A DNA stretch of 64,000 nucleotides from Candidatus Bathyarchaeota archaeon (GTDB lineage Archaea > Thermoproteota > Bathyarchaeia > 40CM-2-53-6). The notes beneath the pieces are model-generated. The model did no database searches. It was not told the origin of the DNA and worked only from the letters and a program-made list of their open reading frames with translations. Location: NCBI GenBank assembly GCA_963726255.1, contig CAVSBL010000002.1, positions 1,728,001-1,792,000 of the forward strand, written 5' to 3'. The position numbers and the translations under genes were made by a program. This document shows, in pieces, positions 8,819-18,173 of this stretch (position 1 is the stretch's first letter; every line of letters starts with the position of its first letter).

Positions 8819-9844
8819 TTGAGCGACTGGGTTGACTGGGCGTTGAGTTCGCAGATCCGGTTAGCACCGTTTCAAACCTTCTTCATCGTAGTACTAGTGT
8901 CCATGTTGCTTTTTGTCGCTGTCACCTCTAACGTTACGGCTTTGGCGCAGACTACCCAAACGGCGACTACGAGGAATGTCCTCATTGAATGGACGAAGAA
9001 TCTCAGCGGCCAGGACAGGTTCTATCCAGATTTCATCATCGTGAACCAAGGCGACACAGTTGCCCTCACATTCATCAACAACGACACAGTGGTTCATGAT
9101 TTTGTCATGGGACCACCCTACAACATTGTAGTGAATGCTTCAGTCCCCGGCCTGCATGATGATGTGACAGGCCAACTAATCACAACACCTGCCACACGTA
9201 ACTCCCCAGGTGTCGTGGTTTCAGGCACGCCAGGCAATGTTTCAGCCACTTACTCCTTTGTGGCAAATTACGCTGGTATCTTCGAATACGTGTGTACGTA
9301 CCACGTTCAAGTCGGCATGATTGGTTACTTGGTCGTGCTCGCACCAAATACTTCAAGCATAACCCAACCAACCGCCCCCAACCAAACGGTGCCGCAAAGC
9401 TCCACCACGATCCTCGTGAGCATCGACCCCGGCGCGAGTACAAACGTTAACTCACCAGGCTATACGCCTGCGGATTTGACGGTCGTCATCGGGGTCAATA
9501 ACACGGTGAAGTGGACCAACAACGACGTTATGCCGCACACAGTAACTGCGAGAGATGCTAGTTTTGATTCGGGGAATATGAATCCCGGCGCCACATTTGT
9601 CTACACCTTCACCAGGCCAGGCGTGTACCAGTACACTTGCACATACCATGGTTGGATGCATGGTACCGTGAATGTTGTGACTGAAACGATCGGGCTAGAA
9701 TCTGGGGAACACGGGGAATTCACAGTCGTCTTAACCGCGTACGAGGTCTATGGAATCGTGGGCTTTGGAATAGTCGCCTTGCTAGCCATCATGATGGTTC
9801 TTGGGAGAACGAAACGACCGGGCGAGCAGACCACAGCCGCTTAG
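8819..9844 (+). CDS. membrane-anchored protein with two cupredoxin (type-1 copper) domains
   Basis: H...CTYHVQVGM and H...CTYHGWM ligand sets; N-terminal signal/TM and C-terminal TM. Confidence 0.85.
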   Translation: MSDWVDWALSSQIRLAPFQTFFIVVLVSMLLFVAVTSNVTALAQTTQTATTRNVLIEWTKNLSGQDRFYPDFIIVNQGDTVALTFINNDTVVHDFVMGPPYNIVVNASVPGLHDDVTGQLITTPATRNSPGVVVSGTPGNVSATYSFVANYAGIFEYVCTYHVQVGMIGYLVVLAPNTSSITQPTAPNQTVPQSSTTILVSIDPGASTNVNSPGYTPADLTVVIGVNNTVKWTNNDVMPHTVTARDASFDSGNMNPGATFVYTFTRPGVYQYTCTYHGWMHGTVNVVTETIGLESGEHGEFTVVLTAYEVYGIVGFGIVALLAIMMVLGRTKRPGEQTTAA

Positions 9845-10473
9845 ATTCGGAATCCTAGCAATATCGCAATTCCCAATCCTATTATCACACAATTTCCGAC
9901 CGCGAATGTTGCTAATTGTAGCTTTGCTGAGAGGTGTTTGTGCGCTACACCGCTAATTGCTGCTAAGAGGCTTTGCCAGGACAAAGAAGCAAGGAACGCT
10001 CCAAAGATGAAGGGGATTGCGCTCAAAGGAGATGGAGAAAAACCCTGCATTCCCAGGATCAAAGTTGTGAAGTAGGTTATTGTGACGGGGTTGAGAAGAG
10101 TCAACCCAAGGACCATGCCGTAGGCTTGTGGACAGCTCGTAGCTCTAAGCCTGGGTTTGTGAGCACGGCCGGACCTATCCCTTCGATGGTACAGCAGCCA
10201 CGCACCCATACCGACTAAGCCTATCCCGCTTCCGATGCGCAAAATGAATGCGAACGGCGCTAGAACTGAGATTATTAGTGTGCCTGCGAGGGCGGCGACC
10301 GTCGCGTAAATCAAATCCGCTGAAGCAGCACCAGCCCCCGCGCTTAACGCAATCCTGAACCCGCGACGGAGGCCTAGCTCAAGGATCAGAACGGCAATTG
10401 GCCCTACTGGAATCGCTATGCCGTAACCTGCGACAACACCATTCAGAAAAGCGTCGAGCGTCGAACCGACCAT
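9841..10473 (-). CDS. LysE family exporter
   Basis: AIPVGPIAVLI, GAASADLIY, LTLLNPVTITYF. Confidence 0.88.
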   Translation of the reverse strand: MVGSTLDAFLNGVVAGYGIAIPVGPIAVLILELGLRRGFRIALSAGAGAASADLIYATVAALAGTLIISVLAPFAFILRIGSGIGLVGMGAWLLYHRRDRSGRAHKPRLRATSCPQAYGMVLGLTLLNPVTITYFTTLILGMQGFSPSPLSAIPFIFGAFLASLSWQSLLAAISGVAHKHLSAKLQLATFAVGNCVIIGLGIAILLGFRI

Positions 10474-10501
10474 TGGCTGTTCACAGAAGCAGTGAGAGAG
10501 T

Positions 10502-11029
10502 TCAGCCTAGGTTTTTCCTGTAGAGTTCTTGGCAGTGTTCGATGATTTTCTTGGCTGCTTCGGATTTTTCCCATCCCAAGATTTTCACCTGTTTTCCTTC
10601 CAAGACCTTGTACGTCTCGAATAGGTACGCGATTTCTTTGAGAATGTGCTCTGGCAAGGTGTCCAAATTGTGATATTCAGCGTACCGGGGATCACTGGTA
10701 GGAACAGCTAGGATCTTGTCATCTCTCTTGTTGCCATCTAGCATTCGGAGGAGGCCGACGGGCCTTGCTGACATAATGCATCCTGGAAAGGTAGGGTTCG
10801 TTACCAATACGAGGATGTCAAGCGGGTCTCCATCTTCATCGAGAGTTCGTGGTATGAAACCGTAATCGCCGGGAAAATGCACGGCCGAGAACAATACGCG
10901 GTCGAGCACAATGGCTTTCTTTTTCACATCGTATTCGTATTTGTTCTCAGTTCCTTTCGGGCTTTCTATGACCGCGTACACAACGTTCGGCGGGTCAGGC
11001 CCGGTTTCTAAATCACGAAGAAAATCCAA
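10502..11029 (-). CDS. ppa: inorganic pyrophosphatase (family I)
   Basis: NKYEYD, YGFIPRT, DGDPLD, DDKILAV, YKVLEGK. Confidence 0.95.
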   Translation of the reverse strand: MDFLRDLETGPDPPNVVYAVIESPKGTENKYEYDVKKKAIVLDRVLFSAVHFPGDYGFIPRTLDEDGDPLDILVLVTNPTFPGCIMSARPVGLLRMLDGNKRDDKILAVPTSDPRYAEYHNLDTLPEHILKEIAYLFETYKVLEGKQVKILGWEKSEAAKKIIEHCQELYRKNLG

Positions 11030-11124
11030 TTGCTCACTACCTCCTTGGAATAAGCAAACGCGTCTCTTATGGGGCTTACATGCTTAGGCAGAACTGTACT
11101 TGTAGCGCCAAAACCTGAGCCTGG

Positions 11125-11469
11125 TCAGACTGCCTCTTCCGCAGGGACCGTTTCTTCCTCTTCGTAGTCTTCTTCTTCGTCTTCGCGGGAGAGGGTGATT
11201 TCTATGGTTGAAATGTTTCCTCTGGTGCCGTCGAAGCGGGTGACATCTTCCGACCCCAAGTTTATGCTCACGATTTTAGCGTTCTTGAGGAAGCTGCGCT
11301 TCAGCATTTGTACGGTATCGATGGCCTTCTCTATCGCCTGGCCTCTAGCCCTAACCATAACGTCCCCGTTTCCAGAGTTGAAGAGGGTGACGCATGCGGT
11401 CACGTAGTTCATGATGGGTTTCTTGCCGATTCGGACAAGGTTTGGTTGTTCACTCATCGTTCTTACCAT
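11125..11469 (-). CDS. albA: DNA/RNA-binding protein Alba with acidic C-terminal tail
   Basis: IGKKPIMNYV, RARGQAIEKAID, ISTIEITL. Confidence 0.92.
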   Translation of the reverse strand: MVRTMSEQPNLVRIGKKPIMNYVTACVTLFNSGNGDVMVRARGQAIEKAIDTVQMLKRSFLKNAKIVSINLGSEDVTRFDGTRGNISTIEITLSREDEEEDYEEEETVPAEEAV

Positions 11470-11586
11470 AGTTTGATTTTGTTGAATTACTTGCGAGGAA
11501 TGTTGGTGTTAAGGGATTTTCAGATGGTGAGGTTGTTCCATCAGTTATTCTATACTTAAATGTCGTGCATCTGCGTCAGGCACTAT

Positions 11587-12576
11587 TCAGCCGCCGATTG
11601 TGTGCATAGGTCTGACATGCTCAAGGTTATGGAACTTCTTGAGCAATGTTTCCACTCCAGGAGCTTTCCGGAGGACAGAGTCGCGCATGAAATTCAAAAT
11701 TGCCTCATCGGAAGCCCCGTTTCTGAGGAGAGGCCTAAGGTCGAAGCCTGCCTTATCGAAGAGGCATGGAACGATTTTCCCATCTGCAGATAGCCGTATC
11801 CTATCGCAGTCCGAGCAAAAGGGTTCAGTTATCGAAGAAATTACGTCAATCTCGCCCGGACCGTCTTTAAACCGGTAGATCTTCGCTGTGCTTCCCGTTT
11901 CTCGCGGAACAGGCTCAAGTTCATAGTGCTCTTGAACGCGTTGGATTATCTCCTTTCCGCTTACAACTTTTTCCAATCCCCAGAGGCGTTGCCCGTCGAA
12001 GGGCATGTATTCGATGAAGCGGACTGTGACGTCGCCAGCCCGAGCCAGCGAGGCTAGGTCGCCTACTTCGTCCTCGTTGCAGCCCCGAATGATTACGGCG
12101 TTTATTTTCAGCGGATTGAACCCGTTCTCCTTAGCCGCACTAATCCCATCTACCACCTTGCGGAAGACTCCGCCGCCTGTGATTTGACTGAATCGTTCGG
12201 GCTTGAGGCTGTGGAGGCTTACGGTCACGCCCTTTAGCCCAGCATTCCTTAGCGCTGCAGCCTTTTCGGCAAGGAGGAACCCGTTGGTCGTCATGCTCAG
12301 CGAGCTGATTCCTGGGACGCGTGCGAGCATTTCAACGAGCTTCTCAATGTCCCGCCGCATCAGTGGCTCCCCGCCGCTAAGGCGGATCTTTTCCACGCCT
12401 AATTCTGCGAAGAGTGACACGACGCGTTCAATCTCCTCGTATCTGAGTATTTCATTCCTAGGCAGCCAGACGGGCGTTTTGGGCATGCAGAATTGGCAGC
12501 GGAAATTGCAGCGATCCGTAACGGATATGCGAAGCTTGCGCGCAACGCGCCCAAAAGAGTCTGTTAGGGGAACCAC
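11587..12576 (-). CDS. moaA: GTP 3',8-cyclase (radical SAM)
   Basis: LRISVTDRCNFRCQFCM, GGEPL, FCSDCDRIRL...C, C-terminal IGG. Confidence 0.95.
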   Translation of the reverse strand: MVPLTDSFGRVARKLRISVTDRCNFRCQFCMPKTPVWLPRNEILRYEEIERVVSLFAELGVEKIRLSGGEPLMRRDIEKLVEMLARVPGISSLSMTTNGFLLAEKAAALRNAGLKGVTVSLHSLKPERFSQITGGGVFRKVVDGISAAKENGFNPLKINAVIIRGCNEDEVGDLASLARAGDVTVRFIEYMPFDGQRLWGLEKVVSGKEIIQRVQEHYELEPVPRETGSTAKIYRFKDGPGEIDVISSITEPFCSDCDRIRLSADGKIVPCLFDKAGFDLRPLLRNGASDEAILNFMRDSVLRKAPGVETLLKKFHNLEHVRPMHTIGG

Positions 12577-12660
12577 GTAACCTACGCCGTCGTTTAATCA
12601 GAATATTGGGAAGGAGTCATTTAAGCGATTTCCATGTTCCACAAAACTGACGGCCCATAA

Positions 12661-13323
12661 CTACTGTTTCTTTCGCCTGTTTAGAACCGCCAAGGTGACT
12701 ATGAATGGAATGGCGACAACTATCACTAACTCGTATGGTAGATCGCTAGATAGAATCAAAGCCGAAACGTTTTCGCTCGAAATCGTCGTTGCGAACAGGG
12801 TTGGAGATGCCCCTGTTGAAGCGAAAGTGGAGGTACTCGTCACAGTTGTTGGTGATGCCACAGTCTGCGAATTAATTTGAACTGCAGAACTATTGGTTGT
12901 CGTGACTTCGGTTGGGGGAACCACGGAGAGCTGGAACCATGACATGTAATGTCCCACTATTTGCCCGCTAATCAAAACCATGTAAGCAGTGGCATAGATG
13001 ATATTCGGGTCGCCAATTTGAGGTGCTGTAATTGTGTTGGTGACGTAGGTCACAGGAGAATTTACCCAGCCATAGCTAGATGATATGAGATTATGGTGAA
13101 AGTCAGAGAGGTCAACACGGGCAACCACCGGACCGACATCACAGGAAAACAATGCAACTGTTGTAGTGACAGAAAATGCCTGGTGCGCCGGGACCGTTTC
13201 GGGGTAATCGAATTTGAGGTAACTGATCTCGCAAAAGTTTATGGCCTGAGCATATGCGGAGGCAGCGTTCCCAAGCACGAGTAGTAAACACAGCAAGAAG
13301 AGGGCGTAGCGTGAATGTGGCAT
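12661..13323 (-). CDS. secreted, C-terminally membrane-anchored hypothetical protein
   Basis: Signal peptide, Ser/Thr-rich linker, TM helix and RRKK tail. Confidence 0.7.
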   Translation of the reverse strand: MPHSRYALFLLCLLLVLGNAASAYAQAINFCEISYLKFDYPETVPAHQAFSVTTTVALFSCDVGPVVARVDLSDFHHNLISSSYGWVNSPVTYVTNTITAPQIGDPNIIYATAYMVLISGQIVGHYMSWFQLSVVPPTEVTTTNSSAVQINSQTVASPTTVTSTSTFASTGASPTLFATTISSENVSALILSSDLPYELVIVVAIPFIVTLAVLNRRKKQ

Positions 13324-13401
13324 TGTCGTAGCGACTGTGCAACATCATAATTCGCAATAAAACCGTTTTCTTGGCATGAGGTTTTATCTTTACGAAACGC
13401 A

Positions 13402-14628
13402 GTGGATGGGAGAACTTTGGATAAGGATGATTCGGCTAGGGAACGGTGGAAGAGACTCGGGTTTCGGAACGTTGTTAGGCTTGGGTACGTTAGCCTCTTC
13501 ACTGACATATCCACCGAGATGATTCTAGGCGTCCTGCCAGTCAACTTCATCATTGAGCAGCTCGGCGCAACCCCAGCCATACTAGGTTTGATTGAAGGCT
13601 CCGCTGAGGCCGCCAACAACGTATTCAGAATCCTCGCCGGCGTTCTAACCGACAAAATCGGCAAGCGTAAGCCAATCGTTGTAATCGGTTATGGGCTCTC
13701 CACACTCGCCAAACCGCTCTTCGCAATTGCCAACTCGTGGGGTCAGGCGTCTGCCGTACGAGTTGTTGACAGAGCTGGGAAAGGGACGAGAACAACGCCG
13801 AGAGACGCGCTCATCAGTGACTCGGTTCCTAAGTCACAAGCTGGGAAAGGTTTCGGCCTGCATGGTTCGCTGGACCAAGTGGGAGCGGTCTTGGGGCCTC
13901 TCTTGGCATTCGTGCTGCTTCCTTTGATAGGACTGCGAAATTTGTTTTGGATTTCCTTCATTCCAGGCACCGTTTCCATAATCATTCTTCTGTTCTTTGT
14001 GGCCGATGCGCGGGCACGGCCTAGGCGGTGGAATTTGTTCAAGAATGCTCGGGCTGTTTTGACGCGAGATTTCGTCTTACTGCTCGTGGTCTTAGAAATC
14101 TTCGCAGTAGGCGCCTACAACTTCTCCTTCATTCTGTTGGACGCTCGGGCGCTTGGTGTACAAGGAAATTTCATTGCATTAGTGTACACTCTCCTGAATC
14201 TGGCGACGGTGATAATATCATTTCCCGCCGGGATCCTTGCGGATAAGGTCGGGAAGCTTCCCGTGCTCCTCCTAAGCTTCCTAGTTTTCATGGGCACGTC
14301 GCTGGCCGGCGTGCTCCTTTCCGGATATTGGGCCTTTGGTTTCTTGATCGGCGTCTTCTATGGGAGCTACCTCTCAATCTCTGATACCGTGCAGCGGGCC
14401 ATGATCCCCGACTTTACCCGGCCAGAGCTCAAGGGCACAGCCTATGCCTTCTATTACACAATCATCGCCATCGGCTCCCTCATCGCGAATTCGGTCTTCG
14501 GTGCTTTATGGACGAGTATAGGTTCGGGGGCGGCTTTCAGCTTCAGCATCGCAACCTCCGCGGTCGCCGCTGTCGCATTGGTGATGTTCACTTTTAGAGG
14601 AAGAATACTAGGAAACAAAGGAAGGTGA
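13402..14628 (+). CDS. MFS transporter
   Basis: About 12 TMs; GVLTDKIGKRK and GILADKVGK motif A copies; DRAGKGTRTTPRDALI. Confidence 0.92.
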   Translation: MDGRTLDKDDSARERWKRLGFRNVVRLGYVSLFTDISTEMILGVLPVNFIIEQLGATPAILGLIEGSAEAANNVFRILAGVLTDKIGKRKPIVVIGYGLSTLAKPLFAIANSWGQASAVRVVDRAGKGTRTTPRDALISDSVPKSQAGKGFGLHGSLDQVGAVLGPLLAFVLLPLIGLRNLFWISFIPGTVSIIILLFFVADARARPRRWNLFKNARAVLTRDFVLLLVVLEIFAVGAYNFSFILLDARALGVQGNFIALVYTLLNLATVIISFPAGILADKVGKLPVLLLSFLVFMGTSLAGVLLSGYWAFGFLIGVFYGSYLSISDTVQRAMIPDFTRPELKGTAYAFYYTIIAIGSLIANSVFGALWTSIGSGAAFSFSIATSAVAAVALVMFTFRGRILGNKGR

Positions 14629-14634
14629 CCTTGG

Positions 14635-15063
14635 ATGGGTTCGTCGGACGATAGCATAGTCCTGTTCGTCTGTGTGGAAAACACTTTTCGAAGCGTCATG
14701 AGCGAGGCCCTCTTCAACGCCCGAGCACCCAAAGGTTGGCACGCCGAAAGCGCAGGCGTGCAACCTGCCGAAGCCATCAACCCAATCGTCGCTGAACTTG
14801 TAGGCGAGATAGGGATTGTGGTCGGCCCTAAGAAGCCTAGGCTTGTGTCACCTGAACTGGTCGCTAGCGCTTGGCGCGTTATCACGTTCGGTTGCGTGGA
14901 TCGCTGCCCGATGGGTGCGAAATAGAAATCTGAGGATTGGCCTATTCTTGGATCTACTGGAAAGAGCCCTCAGGAGCTACGTGCGATTCGAGATGAACTA
15001 CAACGACGCATTGCGGGTTTGATTGAAAGAATTGAACGGACACCACGTTCCCTAGGTCGATAA
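14635..15063 (+). pseudogene. LMW-PTP/arsenate reductase family gene interrupted by an in-frame TAG (14923-14925)
   Basis: CVENTFRS P-loop; the frame continues after TAG as KSEDWPILGSTGKSPQELRAIRDELQRRI, matching the C-terminus of the ArsC at 53670. Confidence 0.75.
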
Positions 15064-15126
15064 CTCATGATGCGTTTGCTCGCTCAAACAATATATTGAG
15101 CGCGGCTACCGTATCGGTGTAAAGCA

Positions 15127-15378
15127 ATGCCCCGAAAGTTGCCGTCCTCATATTTGCGGAAGTTGAACGAGGAGCAAAAGAGAGCCAAAGAAATCGCTGC
15201 CAAGCAAGCGGCGAAGAAACCTCAGCCAGTGGATCCGGATTCGGGGAAGCTGAAGGGTTTCACGATGGTTTGCCAAACCTGTGGCAGCCGAGCTCGGTTC
15301 ACTGTCGATAAATTCGGGTATGCAACCTGCAGTAACTGCAGGGCCATAGCGAGCTATAGACTCGGTCACCTAGCATAG
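15127..15378 (+). CDS. small basic zinc-ribbon protein
   Basis: CQTCG...CSNC; Lys-rich N-terminus. Confidence 0.7.
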   Translation: MPRKLPSSYLRKLNEEQKRAKEIAAKQAAKKPQPVDPDSGKLKGFTMVCQTCGSRARFTVDKFGYATCSNCRAIASYRLGHLA

Positions 15379-15398
15379 CGTAACCCAGCAAGGAATAA

Positions 15399-16088
15399 TC
15401 AGGAAACTGTCGTAGGTTCCAGGGCTTCCAGTTTTGAATCATTGAGATGAAGGTCAAATACTTCTTCGAATTCGTTTCGTAGTTCCTTCTTGACTAGGTG
15501 GAGGTCGACATCTCCGCCAAGTAACGTTTTCATCGATGTCATTGTTGAGCCGGGGAACCCGCAGGGGGTTATCATCTGGAAGTAGCTAAGATCCGTGTTG
15601 ACATTGAGTGCGAACCCATGAAAGCTCACCCAGTTCCGAACCGCTGCCCCGATTGAAGCAATTTTCTTCTTTCCAACCCAAACGCCTGTTTGTACCCCGC
15701 GCTCTGCGGTTATTCCGAACTTGGCTACGGTTCGGATTAGGGTCTCCTCAAGGTTCCTGAGGAAAACATGAATATCCCGGTGGCTTGCGTTCAAGTCGAG
15801 GATGGGGTATCCGACCAACTGGCCCGGGCCATGGTAAGTCCATTGGCCGCCCCGCTCTATTCTGAAAACTCGGACACCCTCAATGGCGGCCGGAACTTCG
15901 CCTACAACTGCCTTGCCTACCGTGAAAACGTGTGGGTGCTCCACCAATACCAGCGTGTCAGGTATGGATTTCTTTACCCGAAGTTCGTGCAACTTGCGTT
16001 GCAGATTCCAGGTTTCAGCGTAATCCCGCAAACCTAGGTCTAGGAGAGCCGCTTCGGTTGGTTTAGACATTAGAAGTGAACCAGCCAA
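15399..16088 (-). CDS. lipB: lipoyl(octanoyl) transferase
   Basis: EHPHVFTVG, RGGQWTYHGPGQLVGYP, KIASIG, HGFALN, PCG. Confidence 0.93.
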   Translation of the reverse strand: MAGSLLMSKPTEAALLDLGLRDYAETWNLQRKLHELRVKKSIPDTLVLVEHPHVFTVGKAVVGEVPAAIEGVRVFRIERGGQWTYHGPGQLVGYPILDLNASHRDIHVFLRNLEETLIRTVAKFGITAERGVQTGVWVGKKKIASIGAAVRNWVSFHGFALNVNTDLSYFQMITPCGFPGSTMTSMKTLLGGDVDLHLVKKELRNEFEEVFDLHLNDSKLEALEPTTVS

Positions 16089-16136
16089 GATTGAGTCATG
16101 TCAAGTAGCATATTGAAAGGCGTCGCGTCGAATCAA

Positions 16137-16685
16137 CTAGAGGTACCGTGCCTTTTCCAATATGTCACGATGACCCCGCGCAAGCTTCATCTTACGAATC
16201 TTAGTGGGTGGGAGATAGCGCATCTCCGACCACCAAGGCCTCACCTTGGGTAATTGTCGGGCACTCATCTCGTATACGAAGCAAATATCCCAGTGGTGCA
16301 ATTGCCTCCCGGACCGCTTGTACCCGGGATGCCCGGGCCTCTGCGGCCTAACATGAGATTGCACCATGACGAACCGGGGTTTTCCCTTAAGTCCGGCCCA
16401 TTCGTGGGCGATGCGGCTTGCGGCGTGGTCGGGTGACTCTTCTATCAGAAGATGGGTAGCGGGCAACAACCATGTGCCCTCTTTCTCAATCTCAGCCGCA
16501 TTGCGTTTCGGAAAACCGCCTTTTTCAGGCCAAGCGTCATGCGCCCTCGGTCGGCCGAGAAGTATTGAATCGCCTTTGCGGGCGACGATGAAAACGGAAA
16601 GGCACAAACCTGCTTGAGGAGTATGCGTCATCCAAGACGGATTTCGAGGCCCTATTCGCGCCCATCGCACATCTACAGGCCGCAT
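16137..16685 (-). CDS. Nudix-fold protein with degenerate Nudix box
   Basis: WLLPATHLLIEESPDHAASRIAHE resembles a Nudix box. Confidence 0.6.
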   Translation of the reverse strand: MRPVDVRWARIGPRNPSWMTHTPQAGLCLSVFIVARKGDSILLGRPRAHDAWPEKGGFPKRNAAEIEKEGTWLLPATHLLIEESPDHAASRIAHEWAGLKGKPRFVMVQSHVRPQRPGHPGYKRSGRQLHHWDICFVYEMSARQLPKVRPWWSEMRYLPPTKIRKMKLARGHRDILEKARYL

Positions 16686-16702
16686 ATGAATTCCTTCAGT
16701 GG

Positions 16703-18094
16703 TTATTTCTGTAGAATATGAATTGCTTTTCCTTTTGCGGCCTCTGAGGCTTCCATGATGCTTTCCGGCAAGGTTGGGTGTGGGTGTACAGTAAGCCCGA
16801 TGTCTTCTAAGGTTGCGCCCATCTCAATAGCTAGCGCAGCTTCGCTAATCATATCAGATGCCTCAGCACCAACAATATGAACGCCCAGAACAACGTCTGA
16901 GTTCTTGTCGGCAACTATCTTCACGAAACCTTCCGTCTCTCCGGCGAGCAGGGCTCGTCCGAGGGCTGTGAACGGAAACCTGCCAACGATCGGATCATAC
17001 CCCTTCTCTTTTGCCTGAATCTCCGTAAGCCCAACCGTTGCGATTTCGGGATCACTGAATATTACTCCAGCAATCGCGCGGAAGTCTGCTTCACTGTTCA
17101 TTCCGGCGATGACTTCGGCCGCGACAATGCCCTCTTTCGAAGCTTTGTGCGCGAGCATTGGAGGGCCAACTATGTCGCCAATGGCGTAGATGCCGTGCAC
17201 ATTGGTCTGCATTTTCTTGTCGACCTGAATGAAACCATGGGCATCCGTCTTCACCCCAGTCGCCTCCAATCCGATTTGATCACTGTTAGGGCGTCTTCCG
17301 ACTGTGACGAGGACTTTGTCGGCATCATACGCTGCTTCCTTCCCGTCCTCTAATTCAGCGTAAACCTTTCCGCTTCGAAATTCTTTCGCTTTTGATTTTA
17401 CATGGTAATCTACGCCAAGTTTGCGAAGGGACCGTTCAACGACTCTGACTAGGCTTATGTCGGTGCCCGGCAGAAGTTGCTCCAGCATTTCTATAATCGT
17501 AACCTTGCTTCCCAGTTGAGCGTACATAGTTCCCATCTCTAAACCCGTGACACCCCCGCCGATTATTACGAGGTTTTTTGGAATCTCTTGAAGGGAAAGG
17601 GCTTCGGTTGAACTGATTATATGGGTTCCGTCAAACCTGAAGGTAGGAAGGTCGTAGTACCGTGAACCAGCAGCAATCACGACGTTCTTAGTCTCTATGC
17701 TCTCGGTTCCAGTGGCAGTCTTCACTTCAAGTTGCGTAGGCCCTTTGAAGGTGCCTACTCCCTTCATGATTTTGACGTTGTACCCTTTGCATAGGTATTC
17801 AACGCCCGAGGTTAGCTTGTCGACTACGCTTTGCTTCCAGGCTTGGACCTTAGGAAAATCAACCTTGAGCCCCGACACTTCAAGGCCGATCTGTTTGGCG
17901 GCTTCGATCCTTTTCTTGAGCTTAGCTACGCGGATGAGCGCTTTGGAGGGTATGCAACCTATGTTTACGCAAACCCCGCCAAGCTGATCCTTTTCGATTA
18001 GAACTGTTTCCTTTCCGAGTTGGCCTAGCCTGATAGCGGCCACGTACCCGCCGGGGCCTGCTCCGAGTACTACGGCTTCCGCTTTCTGCACCAT
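16703..18094 (-). CDS. lpdA: dihydrolipoamide dehydrogenase (E3)
   Basis: GAGPGGY, GGVCVNIGCIPSK, HPHPTLPE. Confidence 0.96.
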   Translation of the reverse strand: MVQKAEAVVLGAGPGGYVAAIRLGQLGKETVLIEKDQLGGVCVNIGCIPSKALIRVAKLKKRIEAAKQIGLEVSGLKVDFPKVQAWKQSVVDKLTSGVEYLCKGYNVKIMKGVGTFKGPTQLEVKTATGTESIETKNVVIAAGSRYYDLPTFRFDGTHIISSTEALSLQEIPKNLVIIGGGVTGLEMGTMYAQLGSKVTIIEMLEQLLPGTDISLVRVVERSLRKLGVDYHVKSKAKEFRSGKVYAELEDGKEAAYDADKVLVTVGRRPNSDQIGLEATGVKTDAHGFIQVDKKMQTNVHGIYAIGDIVGPPMLAHKASKEGIVAAEVIAGMNSEADFRAIAGVIFSDPEIATVGLTEIQAKEKGYDPIVGRFPFTALGRALLAGETEGFVKIVADKNSDVVLGVHIVGAEASDMISEAALAIEMGATLEDIGLTVHPHPTLPESIMEASEAAKGKAIHILQK

Positions 18095-18173
18095 TTCAAT
18101 TCACAATTCTGTATTTACTTTGCCAAGTCTGTCATGGTATTGAAGTCTCCATATTTAGTTCACCTTCTTCAGA

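Noticed and set aside
14923-14925. Genome-wide TAG recoding
   Set aside because: Many conserved genes here (ALDH, aminotransferases, E1 alpha, acr3, arsC) end properly at TAG
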